NCBI RefSeq assembly: GCF_009914755.1
Contig: NC_060938.1
Origin: the human T2T-CHM13v2.0 reference genome, Homo sapiens
DNA: 64,000 bases
Reading direction: 5' to 3' (one strand)
A program made the translations under genes and the position numbers. Shown piece by piece: positions 1 to 28,551 of the stretch (position 1 is its first letter; each line of letters opens with the position of its first letter). Below the pieces are notes generated by a model. The model did no database searches, was not told the DNA's origin, and was given only the letters and a program-made list of their open reading frames with translations.

Positions 1-341
<341 letters not shown>

Positions 342-344
342 TTA

Positions 345-1102
345 TTTTTTTGTTTTTGTTTTGTTTTGTTTGTCACTAATTTAATCTTCTTACTTTAATT
401 TTCTCCAGAGAATACTTTTTCTTTTTTCTTTTTTTTTGAGACAGAGTCTCACCCTGTCGCCCAGGCTGGAGGACAATGGCGCTATCTTGGCTCTCTCCAA
501 CCTCCCAGGTTCAAACAATTCTCCTGCCTCAGCCTCCTGAGTAGCTGGGATTACAGGCACCTGCCACCATGCCCAGCTAATTTTTGTATTTTTAGTAGAG
601 ATGAGGTTTCCCCATGTTGGCCAGGCTGGTTTCAAACTCCTGATCTCGTGATCCGCCTGCCTTGGCCTCCCAAAGTGCTGGGATTACAATTGTGAGCCAC
701 CGAACCCGGCCGAGAATAGTTTTTCTTAAGTCCTTAAGGACTCAGCTCCTTACATGAGCTTTGATGGTGGTTGTGGGGCAGCACAGACAGGTCTAAATCC
801 AGGTAGGGGTGTTTGGTCCTTGCAGGCTGCACGACATGGATTCCTGACTGCCTTGCTGTGAATCGCACAACTCACACAGCAGTGTAGCGTCACGTGCAGC
901 TTGGGAAGCACGTAGGCTTTGAAGATGCTTGTTTCAGAAACGTTACTGACTGCTGTGGCCTCTACTGCTTCAAATGATGAATTTGTTAACAGCCTTGTCT
1001 TTGGACACAGTTTGTGCAGCAAATAGGCTGCACATGGCCATGGCCCTTTTTGGCACAACCAGTGTTCCTTCTTTTCTTTGTCATCTTGAAGGCACAGACC
1101 CA
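345..1102 (-). pseudogene. RPS26P49: Processed RPS26 pseudogene, disabled; 3' UTR interrupted by an Alu
   Basis: ATG at 1084 gives MTKKRRN.G.AKKG.GHVQPI; C-terminal [22 protein letters not shown]; stop at 750-752. The coding span is 335 nt against 348 for RPS26, with frameshifting deletions and an internal TGA. No introns, degenerate poly-A at ~345-372, approximate TSD agagag(g)ttat(t/c)ttttt at ~335 and ~1103. Pseudogene number is from memory. Confidence 0.9.
421..711 (-). mobile_element. AluS inserted in the RPS26 pseudogene 3' UTR
   Basis: Full antisense Alu with TSD gagaata(c/g)ttttt at ~408 and 712. Confidence 0.93.
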
Positions 1103-4390
<3,288 letters not shown>

Positions 4391-5266
4391 AATTTATGTT
4401 TTATTGAGGTAAAATTTACATAACATAAATTTTGCCCAGGCGTGGTGGGTCACGCCTGTAATCCCAGCACTTTGGGAGGCCAAGGTGGGCTGATCACCTG
4501 AGGTCAGGAGTTCAAGACCAGCCTGGCCAACATGGTGAAACCCCGTCCCTCCTAAAAAATACAAAAAAAATTAGCCAGGCGTGGTGGCGAGCGCCTGTAA
4601 CCCCAGCTACTTGGGAGATTGAGGCAGGGGGAATTGCTTAAACCCAGGAGGTGGAGGCTGTAGTGAGCTGAGATTGTGCCACTGCACCGTGGCCTGGGCG
4701 ACAGAGCGAGACTCCATCTCAAAACCAAACAAACAAACAAAAATTTACCACTATAACCGTTTTAAGTGTACAATTTAGTGGCATTAAGTACATCCACAAT
4801 GTTATGTAATCATCACCACTATTTCCAGAACTTTTTTGTCATCCCAAATTCTGTGCCCATTAAGCAATAAGTCCCTCTCCCTCCCTTCCCTCTAGGCCTG
4901 GTAACCTCTATTCTAGTTTCTGTCTCTATAAACTTGCCTATTCCAGATGTGTCATATAAGTGGAATCATATAATATTGGAACTTTAATGTCTGGCTTATT
5001 TCACTTAGTAGAATGTTTTCAAATTCTCCCATATTGTAGCATGCCTCAGAACTTCATTCCTTCTTATGGCTGAAGCATATTCCATTTATGTGTTTAGACC
5101 ACATTTTGTTTATTCTTTTATCTGTTGATGGATACTTGGCTTGTTTCCACATTTGGCTATTGTAAATAATGCGTTATGAACATCGGTGAGCAAGTATCTG
5201 TGTGATTCCTCCTTTTCAGTTCTTTTTTTGTTTCTTTGTTTTTTGAGACGGAGTCTTGCTCTGTAG

Positions 5267-5407
<141 letters not shown>

Positions 5408-5862
5408 TAGTAGAGACGGGGTTTCACGTGTTAGCCAGGATGGTCTCGATCTCCTGACCTCGTGATCCGCTCGCCTCGCAAAGTGCTGGGATTACAGGCA
5501 TGAGCCACTGTGCCCGGCCAAGGGTTTTAATTTCTTACTACCCTTACCAGCATTTGTTATTTTGCTTCTTTTGAAAAAATTATAGCCATCCCAATGGGTG
5601 TGACATGGTATTTCATTGTGGTTTTATTTTGCATCTCCCTAGTGACTGATGATGTTGAACATTTTTTGTGTGTGCTTGTTGACCATTTATCTGTCTTCTT
5701 TGGGGAAAGGTCCATTCAAGTACTTTGTTTATTTGTAAATTAGGTTGTTTAGGGAGTTTTTGTTTCGGAGTTACAGCAATTCTAATATGCTGCATATTAA
5801 TATCCTATCAGATATAGGATTTGCAAATATCTCATTTTGTGAGTTGCCATTCTACTCTTTTT

Positions 5863-6827
<965 letters not shown>

Positions 6828-6859
6828 GCCATTCTACTCTTTTTAAAAATTCTTTTTAT

Positions 6860-9917
<3,058 letters not shown>

Positions 9918-10034
9918 TTAGAGACAGGGTCTCATTCTGTTGCCCAGGGTGGAGTGCAGTGGTGCAATCTTGGCTCACTGCAACCTCTGCCTCCCAGTTT
10001 CAAGCCAATTCTCCTGCCTCAGCCTCCTGAGTAG

Positions 10035-10274
<240 letters not shown>

Positions 10275-10527
10275 TAAGGTTAGGATCCAACATCATTCTT
10301 TTGTGTATGGATATCCAGTTTTCCTAGCACCATTTGTTGAACAGACTGTCCTACCCCCCATTAAATGGTCTTGGCAACTTTGCCAAAAATCATTTAAACA
10401 AATATGCGAGGGCTTATTTCTAGATTCTCTAGTCTACTCCATTGGTCTATATGTCACTCCTTATGCCAATACCACATTGTTTTAATTACTGTAGCTTTGT
10501 AGTAAGTTTTGAAGTGAAGACATGTGA

Positions 10528-10777
<250 letters not shown>

Positions 10778-11804
10778 TAGCTGGAATTACAGGTGCCTGC
10801 CACCATGCCCAGCTAATTTTTGTATTTTTAGTAGAGATGGGGTTGCGCCATGTTGGCCAGGCTGGTCTCCAACTCCTGACCTCAGGTGATCTGCCTGCCT
10901 CGGCCTCCTAAAGTACTAGGATCACAGGCATGAGCCACCACATCCGGCCCAGGCTATTGGAATTTTTACAGAGACTGAGGTGAATCTGTAGATCATTTTG
11001 GGTAGTAGTGACATCTTAACAATGTTTCGTCCCCCATCCATGAATATGAAGTATCTTTCCATTTATTTCTCTCTTTAATTGTTTTCCGCAATGCTTTGTA
11101 GTTTTCAGCATCTAAGTCTTTCACCTCCTTGGTTAGATTTATTCCTAAGTACTTAATTATCTTAGATGCTATCGCATGCAGATGGAGTTGTTTTCTTAAT
11201 TTTCTTTTCTTTCCTGGATTATTTTTTATCTTAGTACCTGCCACTACCTAACATTTTAAATATATTTATTTGTCTCTTTCTGTCTCATTTACTGAATAAA
11301 TCTTCCATAAGGTCTAAAGATTTTTATTTGCTTATTGCCTTAGTCTAGGATCTGAAAACAGTGTCAGGCACATGGTCTAGTATGTATTTGTTGAGTGCAC
11401 TAATGATGAAGGAACAATTTACTAATTTAGCATTCTCTTTATTTATGATTTTTTTCTTTTGCCATTATAAAAAAATGCGTCAGGGATTGCTGGGTCAATG
11501 TCCATTTGCCTTCTTAATTGTGTTTGCAGTTGAGAGGCTGCTTCCCAAGGTGATTGTTGTAATGATTTTCATTTCCGCCATCAGCAAATGAGGGTCCCTG
11601 GGGCCCTCACACCTCTGGGAGCACTAGGTGCTAGGTTGTCTTCTGTGTCTGACACCTGGGGGTAGATCCCTGTGTGAGCAGTGCTTTAGCTGACACTTCC
11701 CTGATGGCTAGTGAATTAGAACTTCTTCAAATGTTTGTTAACCATTTCATATTGCTCTTCTATGAATTGCTTATTTATAACCTTTGCTCATTTTTCTATT
11801 TCAT

Positions 11805-11975
11805 TCCCTTCTTTCCTTCCTTCCTTCCTTTCTTCCTTCCTTCCTTCCTCCTTCCCTTCCTCCCTCCCTCCTTCCTCCCCTTCCTCCCTCCCTCCCTCCT
11901 TCCCTCCTTCCTCCCCTTCCTCCCTCCCTCCCTTACTCCCTTCTTTCCTTCCTTCCTTCTCTCTCTCTTTCTTTC
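11805..11975 (+). repeat. (CTTC/CCTC)n polypyrimidine microsatellite at the tail of AluJ 11976-12265(-)
   Basis: Nearly pure C/T tract continuous with an antisense Alu. Confidence 0.9.
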
Positions 11976-12672
11976 TTTTTGACAGGGTCTTGTTCTGTCA
12001 CCCAGGCTGGAGTGCAGTGGCACGATCATGGCTCACTGCACCTCAACCACCCAGGCTCTAGCAATCCTCCCATCTCAGACCCCCAAATAGCTGGGGACTA
12101 AGGGTATGTGCCATCACGCCTGGCTAATTTTTGTATTTTTTGTAGAGACAGAGTTTCGCCATGTTGTCTAGGCTAGAACTAGTCTCAAACTCCTGGACTC
12201 AAGCGATCTGCCCACCTCAGCCTTCCAGAGTGCTAGGATTACAGGCGTGAGCCATTGCGCCTGGCCACACTTTTCTTTTTTGTTCTTTTCTTGGCTGTTC
12301 TTCAGCATTTATTCTTCCATATACACTTTAAGATAGTTTTAGTCATTGAAAAGATCTGGGGTTCTACCTGGTATTGCTTTCTTTTGTCCAGATATTGCTC
12401 CATATCATTCCATGTTTTCTTCCTATAGGTTCTGTGCCTTCCTTAGTGATTTTCTTAAGCTTTTTATATTTCTTTGTCGCTCTTCTGGATGGGATAGATT
12501 TCCCATTGCCTTTGCCAGAAGCTCATTATTGGAATGGAAAGAAAGATTGATCATTGAGCATACTTCTTCTCTTCTCAATTTACCAGATTATTTTATTAAG
12601 GCCAGCAGTTTTTACTTGAGTCTCTTAGATCGTTCAGGTGTTCAAGCATATCATCATCAAGAAGAAGAGCTT

Positions 12673-12815
12673 GGCCAGGTGCCGTGGCTCACACATATAA
12701 TCCCAGCAGTTTGGGCAGCGGATACAGGAGGATCACTTGAGCCTAGGAGTTTGAGACCAATCTGGGCAACATAGTAAGACCCTCATCTCTATAAAAAAAT
12801 GTAAAAATAAAAAAA
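12673..12815 (+). mobile_element. Alu left monomer / FLAM-like
   Basis: ggccaggtgccgtggctcac...gaccctcatctct plus A-rich tail. Confidence 0.8.
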
Positions 12816-13279
12816 GAAGGGGAAGCTCTGTAATCCTTCTTTTCCAATGTTTACGCCAATTATTTCACTTTTATTATGTGCACAAGTGGGTGGCTACCTT
12901 CTCCTCTGTACCATCTGTTATTGGGGGCTGGGGGCTCCCGCCTTTCCCTGTGCTGTGGAATAAGTGCATTGGGTCAGACCTGTCTGTTCTCTGCAGGTAA
13001 GCAGAGCCCTGCTCTCCTCCTCCTCCCCACTGCCTTTGCTCATGGCCTCGGCCGGGCCCTGCTGGAAACACCAGGTGCTCGCTCCCAGCAGAGGTTTGAA
13101 CCTCTGTCCCTGCAAGCTTGGGGGTTGGGGTCCTGGCAGATGAGGTACCAGGAGGCCCTTTGGGGGAGGCCCAGGCTCTTTGACTGATGGTCTGTGGGTG
13201 TGAGCCCCCAAGTTCTAGGCCTGGGGGCCGAAAGGAAGAAGCTTCGAGGAAGAGTCAAGCAGGCCACCTTGGGCATACG

Positions 13280-14470
13280 TGCTGTCACCCCGGGATGCCC
13301 GCCCAGCGCGCCAAGCCCCCCACGCTCACCTGTAAGTGCAGGTGGTGCTGGAGGCCAGGCCGGGGCCCTGCAGGGGCAGGCACACAGTGGGGCTCCGTCG
13401 CCGCAGCGCCCCGGCGGCCTCCTCCTGGCCGCTGGCCCTCCCCTAAGGCTTCCTCATCCTAAACAGCAAGTGAAGCCAAACGAAAACCCTGTCTCTCCCG
13501 CCGTTCCCTCCCTCCTGGCCTCCGTCCCCCGGGCTCGCCTGCCCCGCCGCCCAGCGGACCGGTCCCTTCCTGCTTTCCCTGGCGGGTGCTTTCCGCTGCT
13601 CTGTTACCCGGAGCCAGGACGCGCATATATTCCCAGAATCCGCGCTCAGTGCGTTCGGTCCCCCGGGACACCTGTTCTCTGCACAGGCGCGTCTGGGCGC
13701 AGCGGGGGCAGACACGCGTTCCCGGGCAGCGACTCCGGAAGGCCCGAGGAAGTAAATCTGGCCCTCCCGGTTCAGCACAAAGCTCCCCTGGCCGCCTTTC
13801 AAAACCGACCGCCTCCCAACTCTCCGCGGACACGAGTGGCGGCTGCCTCCCCTCCCCTAGGGCCGCGCACGCCTCCCGCAGGGTCTCAGTGCCTCCTGGG
13901 CGGGGGATAATTCCTGTCCCCACCGGTGTCCTGTACTCGCGGGGTCCCGGGTGTAAGTTCTGGGTCCCGGGCTGGCTCCCTGGTGAGCAAAGCCGCATCG
14001 CTCGAATTCCAGAAACCCTTCTCGCCGAGCGCCTGCCTGGCTGCTGAAAGCCTGGAGACTGCGCTCTCGGAGGTGGATTCCGGAACTCAGGAGAGAAGAA
14101 TGAGACGCTCCCTAGTACCCCTAGTCCCCCAGGGGTGGGAGGGGACTGTATCTCAAAATAAGATTCTGCAACTCGACTTTTATAGGGGAAACCAGGCACG
14201 CATTTCAAAATCTTCTCATCCGTCCCCACCTCCTTGCGCCGCTTTTCCGCGCCTCCTGGGCCACGGAAGCTGCCCTCTGCTCCTGCTGTTTCCAGCCCGG
14301 CAGCCCCCAGACAGGATCTAGCTTGGCCCAGCCGGGCCCTGCTTCCTCTGCCTGGGGTCCTCAGGCCATGCAAGTGAGGAAACCCAGGCTCAGAGGGGCC
14401 ACGTAACTCTTCCCAAATCACCAGCAAGCCTGGTGCAGCCACGGTGGCGCGCATTCGCCCACTCGGAGAC
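13280..14470. promoter_or_regulatory. Orphan CpG-rich island, candidate promoter or enhancer
   Basis: Abrupt GC/CpG enrichment in non-repeat DNA; ETS-like ccggaag/gaggaagt at ~13734-13753; no recognisable CDS. Confidence 0.6.
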
Positions 14471-15549
14471 CGAGAGGCAGGTTTTCTGCCTGCACAGCCT
14501 CCCGCCCAAGGCCAGACCTGCTGGAGGCCCAGGCCCTGGAGATGGCTGTCTTCAGGGAGACTCTTTATGTCACGCTCATTCACTCCCTAGCGCCTCTTTC
14601 TGGCAACGGATGTGTCCAGCGTTCAGGTCTCTTAACTTACGGTCTCCGTTTTTCCAAGTTTGGAAATCAGCTCAGAGCAGAGCGGGCAAAGAGGGGCTTT
14701 CACTGGTGCTCAGAGCTCACCTGCGAAGGAGGGACCACAGCCTCCGGGATGCAGCGCCCTGGCTGCCTACTGCTGGCTGGCTGGCCCCTCCCCTGCAGAT
14801 TCCTCCTCACCCAGCCCCGCACAGGCTGAGGGCTTCACTAACCAGAACCATAGTGTGACAAATGCACACTGGGGGGTTACGGAGGAAGAGCAGAGTTGGG
14901 GTCAGAAGGCATTTACCCTGAGAAAAAAGGGCACATGGCACACAACCCATGAAGGGAAGGGAGAGGAACAGCATGTGCAAAAGCTCAGAGTTCAGAGTGG
15001 TGGCCTGGAGCTTAGCTGGAGTCAAAGGTGATGGTGGGAGGTGAGGGTCTGGTGCAGGTGGTTCTCCCAAGCTGGGCTGAGCTGTATGACTTGACCCTGA
15101 GGGGCATGCGGGCCAGGCTGTGTTTTGTGGGGAGGCAGGAGCCAGGACACAGATTGGGGGAAAGGGGTAAAGGAGCCTGGTCCCTGCGGCCGCCTGCTTA
15201 CCTAGGACCTCAGGACTTGGGGAATAAGTGGCCATCCTTTGGAATGCTCTCAAGGGATCTCAGATAAGGGGAGGCAGAAGAGTGTTCTGGAGAAAGCAGG
15301 GCCCATCCTTCTCCACCCCACCACCCTCTCCCCATGTCCCTGGAGCTGGCTCCTCTCCCACAAGCCAGGCCTGGCCAGCCCCTGGTATCTCACCCTGCCA
15401 AAGAGCTATGTAGTGGCAGTTCCACACCCTGTGCCCCTCCCCCACCCCACCCACAGTGAGGACCCCCTGGTGTTGGGGACACTCCGGGTCTGTGGGATTT
15501 CTCCAGAAGCAGACTCAGACAGGGATTGGCACCCACACTGAAAAGTTAA

Positions 15550-15872
15550 CATAGTCTAAATATGTGTGTCCCTCCCAAGTTCACATGTGATGGTGGTATT
15601 AGGGGGTAGGGCCTTTGGGAGGTGATTAGGTCATGGGAGCACAGCCCTCAGGAATGGCAATAGTACCTTTATAAAAATGGCCCAAGAGAGATCCCTCATC
15701 CCTCCCACCATGTGAGGACACAGTGAGAAGCCCCATCTATGGACCAGGAAGCAGCCCTCCCCAGACACTGCTGGGGCCTTGATCTTGGACTCCACAGCCT
15801 CCAGAACAATGAGAATAAATTTCTGTTGTTTGTAAGTTGTGCAGTCTGTGGTTTTTGTCATAGCAATGCCAG
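15550..15872 (+). mobile_element. MaLR solo LTR (MLT1A-like)
   Basis: ggcctttgggaggtgattaggtcatg...ccatgtgaggacacagtgagaag...cagcctccagaac..tgagaataaatttctgttgttt. Confidence 0.8.
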
Positions 15873-16299
15873 AAGGTGGTGGATGAGTAAGATGGGGATG
15901 GAGAGGTAGCTATGGTAGGCAACTGGAGTATAACCTCCAGGGGAATTTTGGGAAAAATGTAAAACATGCAGAGCTAGGAGGAAGAGAGCTGGGGTATTTA
16001 TACACCAACTCCTTCCAGCCTGTGGTTGAGAACTCTCCGAGGTGTCAAATCCCCACCTCCAGTCCTGAGCAGAACCAGAGGGACCTTCCCTTCCCAGGAT
16101 TTAGCCTCTAGGTGATGAGATGTCGCTGCTGGTGGGTGACAGGCAGGACAGCTGAGGGAAGGGCCCCAGGAATCCGGCCACCAGCCAAGTCTGCTGTAGT
16201 GCATTTGTGCTCTGAAGCCCAATGCAGTCAATAGATGACTAATAACAGCCAAATGAGAGATTTGCCCTTTTTGGCCCAAAAATGTGATTGAGCTCTTTA

Positions 16300-16822
16300 T
16301 TTTTCAGCGTTTTCCAGAAAGACAGAACCAGCAGGATATAAGAAAGGGGGTTTATTAGGGGAGCTGGCTCACAGGCTCACAGAGGTGAGGTCCTCTGACA
16401 GGTGGTCTGCAAGCTGGAGACCAGAGCATGGCTCAGTCCAACTTCCAGAGCCTCAGAACTAGGGAAGCCAGCCAGGTTCAGGGAAGCCAGCTCAGGCCCA
16501 AGAGTTCCCAAAAGGCCGCTAGTGCGAGTCCCAGAGTTCAAAAGCAGAAGAGCCAATGTACAAAAGCAGGAGGAGAAAAAGCACTCCTCTCCAAAAGGTA
16601 GAGAGGAACAGCAGAGAGAGAGTGAATCCCCCTTCTTCTGCCCATTTGTTCCAGCTGGGCCCCCAGCCGATGGGATGGTGTTCTGCCCACACTAAGGACC
16701 GGTCTTCCTCTCTCAGGCCACTGACTCACAAGTCCTCCCAGACACACCGAGATACAATGCTTCACCAGCCATCTAGGCATCCCTCAATCCAGCTCAGTTG
16801 ACCCCTAAAATTAACCATCATA
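16300..16822 (-). mobile_element. ERVL LTR (MLT2-like)
   Basis: tccaga.agacagaacca...tctgcaagctggagacc...gttgac.cctaaaattaaccatca. Confidence 0.75.
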
Positions 16823-16940
16823 AGCTCCCTAGAGGGACAGGTTGGGGGAGGAGGACACTTCAAGGTCTAGGTCTATGCAGAAGTTTCCCAGACCATTTGA
16901 GAACACAACAGTTGAAAACCAAACACGAAAATCAGGGCTC

Positions 16941-23312
<6,372 letters not shown>

Positions 23313-23327
23313 CATCCTCTGCTACAT

Positions 23328-23800
23328 GGGTGATTCAGCTGTAACTAACAGAACATCCAACCCAAAGTAGCTTAAACAACATCGTTTAAGTTTGTTAGCT
23401 TGATCCACTTCGTAAGATTAAGAAGTCTATGGCTCTGGGTCCAGTTCAGCTGTGGCAGGGATCTTGGTCAGCTTGTCTGCTCTGCTCCTGGTCTTCTCTT
23501 AGTCTCAAGATGGCTCTGCAGTCCCAAGAATCATGTCCTCACCCAGCAGAGGCGGTGAGTAGAGACAGAGAATGTCTTACCTCACATCAACTCTTTAACA
23601 GGAGGACGGCATTCCTAGAAGCGCCCTTCCCCACACACTGTCCCCTGCAACAGCACACTTCCCCTCATATCTCCTTGGCCCCAAATTAGTTATGTGCCCT
23701 TGCTCAGTCCTGGACCTGGCCCCTTCCCCGAGATCAAGAGATCACCACAGATGGCTGAAAGCCCCTGGTTCTGTTGGAAAGAACAAGGAGGAAAGGCTTT
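23328..23800 (-). mobile_element. Old MaLR LTR (MLT1J/K-like)
   Basis: taacagaa..ccaacccaaagtagcttaaacaa...ctcaagatggct...cccctcatatctc.ttggcc. Confidence 0.55.
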
Positions 23801-24149
23801 GAGGCAGGTGGTCCGCAGGGCCCGTCATGCTGGAGAGCTGATCTGTAGGTGAGCAAAAAAAATTCCATTTTCCCTGATGAACCGCAGAGAAAGGATTCCC
23901 GCTGAAGTAGAAAGGAGATGACCACCTCAGTCCTCTTCCTCATCTTGTTCACCATGGGTCCTGCAGAGCTTAGGGGGTGTGTGGGTGCTGGGTGGTAAAG
24001 ATCCAGGACCTGGGCAGAGATGGGATCCGCCCTCAGCGCAGGGTTATGACAGTACTCTCCGAAACTCCACTCGATTGCTCTTCTGCCTCCTCATCATTGT
24101 CCTACTCTGCACCATGGGACACAGAGCACTGCCCCAGAGCCGGCAGTCA

Positions 24150-25560
24150 GGAGCAGTGGAGGGAGGAATGGAGGGGGCAGTGGAGGGATGAATGGAGTGA
24201 GGGAGTGGAGGGATGAATGGAGGGGATAGGGGAGGGATGAATGTAGGGGGCAGTGGAGGGATGAACGGAGGGGGCAGTGGAGGGATGAACGGAGGGGGCA
24301 GTGGAGGGAGGAATGGAGGGGGCAGTGGAGGGAGGAATGGAGGGGGCAGTGGAGGGATAAATGGAGGGGGCAGTGGAGGGATGAATGGAGGGAGTGGAGG
24401 GATGAATGGAGGGGATAGGGGAGGGATGAACGGAGGGGGCAGTGGAGGGATGAACGGAGGGGGCAGTGGAGGGAGGAATGGAGGGGGCAGTGGAGGGATG
24501 GAGGGGGCAGTGGAGGGATGAATGGAGGGGGCCATGGAAGGATGAATGGAGTGAGGGAGTGGAGGGATGAATGGAGGGGATAGGGGAGGGATGAATGTAG
24601 GGGGCAGTGGAGGGATGAACGGAGGGGGCAGTGGAGGGAGGAATGGAGGGGGCAGTGGAGGAATGGAGGGGGCAGTGGAGGAATGAATGGAGGGGGAAGT
24701 GGAGGTATGAATGGAGTGAGGGAGTGGAAGGATGAATGTAAGGAGTAGGGGAGGGATGAATGTAGGGGCGAGTGGAGGGATGAATGTAGGGGGGAGTGGA
24801 GGGATGAATGGAGGGGGGAATGGAGGGATGGAGTGGGGAGTGGAGGGGTGAATGGGGGGAGTGGAGAGGTGAATGGAGAGGGGACTGGAGGTTGAAGGGA
24901 GGGGGGAGTGGAGGGTGAATGGAGGGGGGAGTGGAGGGGTGAATGGAGGGGGGAGTGGAGGGGTGAATGGAGGGGGGAGTGGAGGGGTGAATGGAGGTGG
25001 GAGTGGAGGGGTGAATGGAGGGGGGAGTGGAGGGTGAATGGAGGGGGAGTGGAGGGGTGAATGGAGGGGGGAGTGGAGGGATGAATGGAGGGGGGTTTGG
25101 AGGGGTGAATGGAGGGAGAGTGGAGGTGAATGGAGCGGGGAGTGGAGGGATGAACGCAGGGTTCTGTGGAAGGATGAATTTAGGGGGTAGTGGAAGGATG
25201 AATGGAGGGGGGAGTGGAAGGGTGAATGGGGGGGAGTGGAGGGGTGAAAGGAGCAGGGAGTGGAGGGTGAAGGGAGGGGAGAGTGGAGGGGTGAATGGAG
25301 GGGGGTTTGGAGGGGTGAATGGAGGGAGAGTGGAGGTGAATGGAGCGGGGAGTGGAGGGATGAACGCAGGGTTCTGTGGAAGGATGAATTTAGGGGGTAG
25401 TGGAAGGATGAATGGAGGGGGGAGTGGAAGGGTGAATGGAGGGGGGAGTGGAGGGGTGAATGGAGCAGGGAGTGGAGGGATGAATGGAGCGGGGAGTGGA
25501 GGGATGAACGCAGAGTTCCACTGAAAGATGAATTTAGGGGGTAGAGGAGGGATGAATGCG
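24150..25560 (+). repeat. Purine-rich ~24 bp minisatellite (GGAGGGGGCAGTGGAGGGATGAAT)n
   Basis: Tandem units directly visible; ~147 bp block repeated with a 210 bp offset (25082 and 25292). Confidence 0.95.
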
Positions 25561-27715
25561 GCGGGACAGTGGTGGCTTAAATGCAGTGGGTGGGGGTGCT
25601 GGTGTGTGTCTGGGAAGGGTACTGTGCTCTCTGCTCTTTGTAGCCACGTGTCAGGGTGCTTTCTAAGAAGGGTGCAGGCAGACACTGTTTTCTTCAGGAG
25701 AGAAGCTCCGAATGGGACGTAGGGAACACAGCCCCGGAGCCAGGAAGCACTGAGCTGCTCCCAGCCAGGCCCTGGAGGGTTGGCATCATTCGAGAGCTGA
25801 GGAGTGTCCCCCACCCCTCAGCTGCACTTGGGTCTCAGCTGGGATGAACTGGATGTGGACACAGTGCTGGGCAGGCGATTATCTTCATGGGCCTGGGCGC
25901 TCCTGCTGTTGTGGATAATTATCTTGGCAGTAAGGCTGGGTCCAGTAGTCGGGGTCTCAGAAGGGAAAGCAGGGAAGCCTGGGAGAGCAGCCAGGGAGAG
26001 GGGAGGCCTGAGGGGAGGGCCTGCCTGGGCCACTTTCCCTCTTTGAGTCCTGTTTCAGCCCCAGGTGCACAGGCTGAGAAAGACCAGTCCCACCAGGGCC
26101 TCTCGCTGGGGGCCACAGGGGCCCAGGCTACAGATGACTTCTGTCCTCTCCTGGGCTGGACAGGCCCGCACAGACCTGGGCCGCCACACAGAGGACACTT
26201 GTAGAACGGGGGAGCCGCTCTGCTCCAGCACCTGCTCCTGGAGGAAGCAGAGCTTGTCCTCACCTCCAGGAAGGCCCTGTTCCTGGCCGCAGGTGATCTC
26301 AGCTAACCCGTGGCTCCCGCTCACTTGCCCAGCTGTGCAAGCCTAGGCAGAAGAAGGCAGGAAGAGTGGGTGTCAGGGCCTGACTGTGGGGACCTGCATG
26401 TCTTTTGTGGTCTGTCATGGTGGGTCGCCAGTGGGAAGCCTCCTTTTCCCACTAGAGCCAATGCCCCAGTTCCAGGGCTCTGCGGGTGGCTTGAAGCTTT
26501 CACTGCCTGAGACTAGCAGCTAAGTACAGAAGCGCAAATGCAAAGGGGCATCAGGGTTCCCACGGTCTTTGCTCGCTGTGGAAAGCGGGGACGGGCGCTG
26601 ACGCAGGCCAACTCCTACATCTTCACCAGAGCCCTGGACCAAATCCTGCAGAACGTAGGTTCAGCAGACAGCAGACCTGAACCCGTGTCCCTGAGGGTGG
26701 TCACAATCTCAGCCCCAGGTGGAGGCTGCTGAATGCCGTGGCTGCAAAGCAGGGCGCTGGGGCTGGGGGGTCAGCTGTTGGGGGGAGGGAGCCCTCTGAC
26801 CCGCCCTGCACCCCTTTTTCCCTCCCTCCTCTCACCCCCTTGTTCCCAGAAGGGGGCACCTACACCTTCTACCTCTAGCTCCAGGCACCCACTCCGGCCT
26901 GCCAGGCCCCAAAACCTTGGCATCCTTGTCCTTAAGCCCAAGGGACCCGCTAGGCATTCCCTTGGCGCCACCACATTGCGTAGGGGGCCCCATGCCCTCC
27001 CCCCCGACCCTCTCTCCCCTACACAGTACTGCGAATTTTGTAATTGTTAGTACAGCTAGTGTCCTCATTTAAAACCTTCTAGCAGTACCAGGCTATAGTG
27101 GAAACAAAATCCCCTCCCCCGACACCCCAAATTCACACTCCTGCTGGGAGTTGTGGGAAGTGCCTGTCTCCCCGCTCCTCCCATCCCAGTCTCTCATGAA
27201 AACGTCTGACAGGTGAAAATACCATCTTCCGGTAGGGCCAATTTGCTCATCCCTGATTACGGCGGAGGTTCAGCATCTTGCAGTCAGCAGCCATTGGGGC
27301 TTCCTTTGTGCAGCGTGTCCGGCGGCCTGGCCCTTTCCTCGTTGACTGATAGTAGCCCTTTGTTGGGAGAATCGGCCCTTTGTTAACCACTGAGTTATCA
27401 TGGGTTCTCCCCAGTTTGTTGCACATCCTTTGATTTTAAATATGTGGTCTAGGCAAAATGTTGCCATTTGTAATTTAATTAAATTTTTCAACAATGTTCC
27501 CTGTGGCTTCTGCTTTTTTGTTGTGCTCAGAAAAGCCTTCCGGATCCTGAGATCATTAAATAGTCTCCTGTGTTTTTTCCAAATTATGTTTGTGGTTTTG
27601 GGTTTTTGCATTTCTATTTCCGCTCCATAAGGAATTTATTTCCGTGTGAAGAGTGGGATCAGGATCCAACGTCATGTTTTTCCAGACACCAAGGCCGCCC
27701 AGTTGCTCCACCACC

Positions 27716-28380
<665 letters not shown>

Positions 28381-28551
28381 CCTCGTGGATTTTAAATGCC
28401 CCATTAATCATATGCTAAATGATCACACAGACCTGCTCTGATGTGTGTGTCCAGTCAACTGCCCATAGCAAGATGTTCTATGATGGATTCTACTCTCTGG
28501 CAGGGCTAAAGCCCCCTTTTTTATTTTTCAGAATTTTATAGGCTTTTCATT

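Noticed and set aside
13194-14583. 238 aa (+) and 374 aa (-) ORFs in the orphan CpG island
   Set aside because: Low-complexity Pro/Gly/Arg composition typical of stop-poor GC-rich DNA; no homology recognised
24044-25814. 555 aa Pro-rich and Gly-rich ORFs
   Set aside because: Translations of the purine minisatellite
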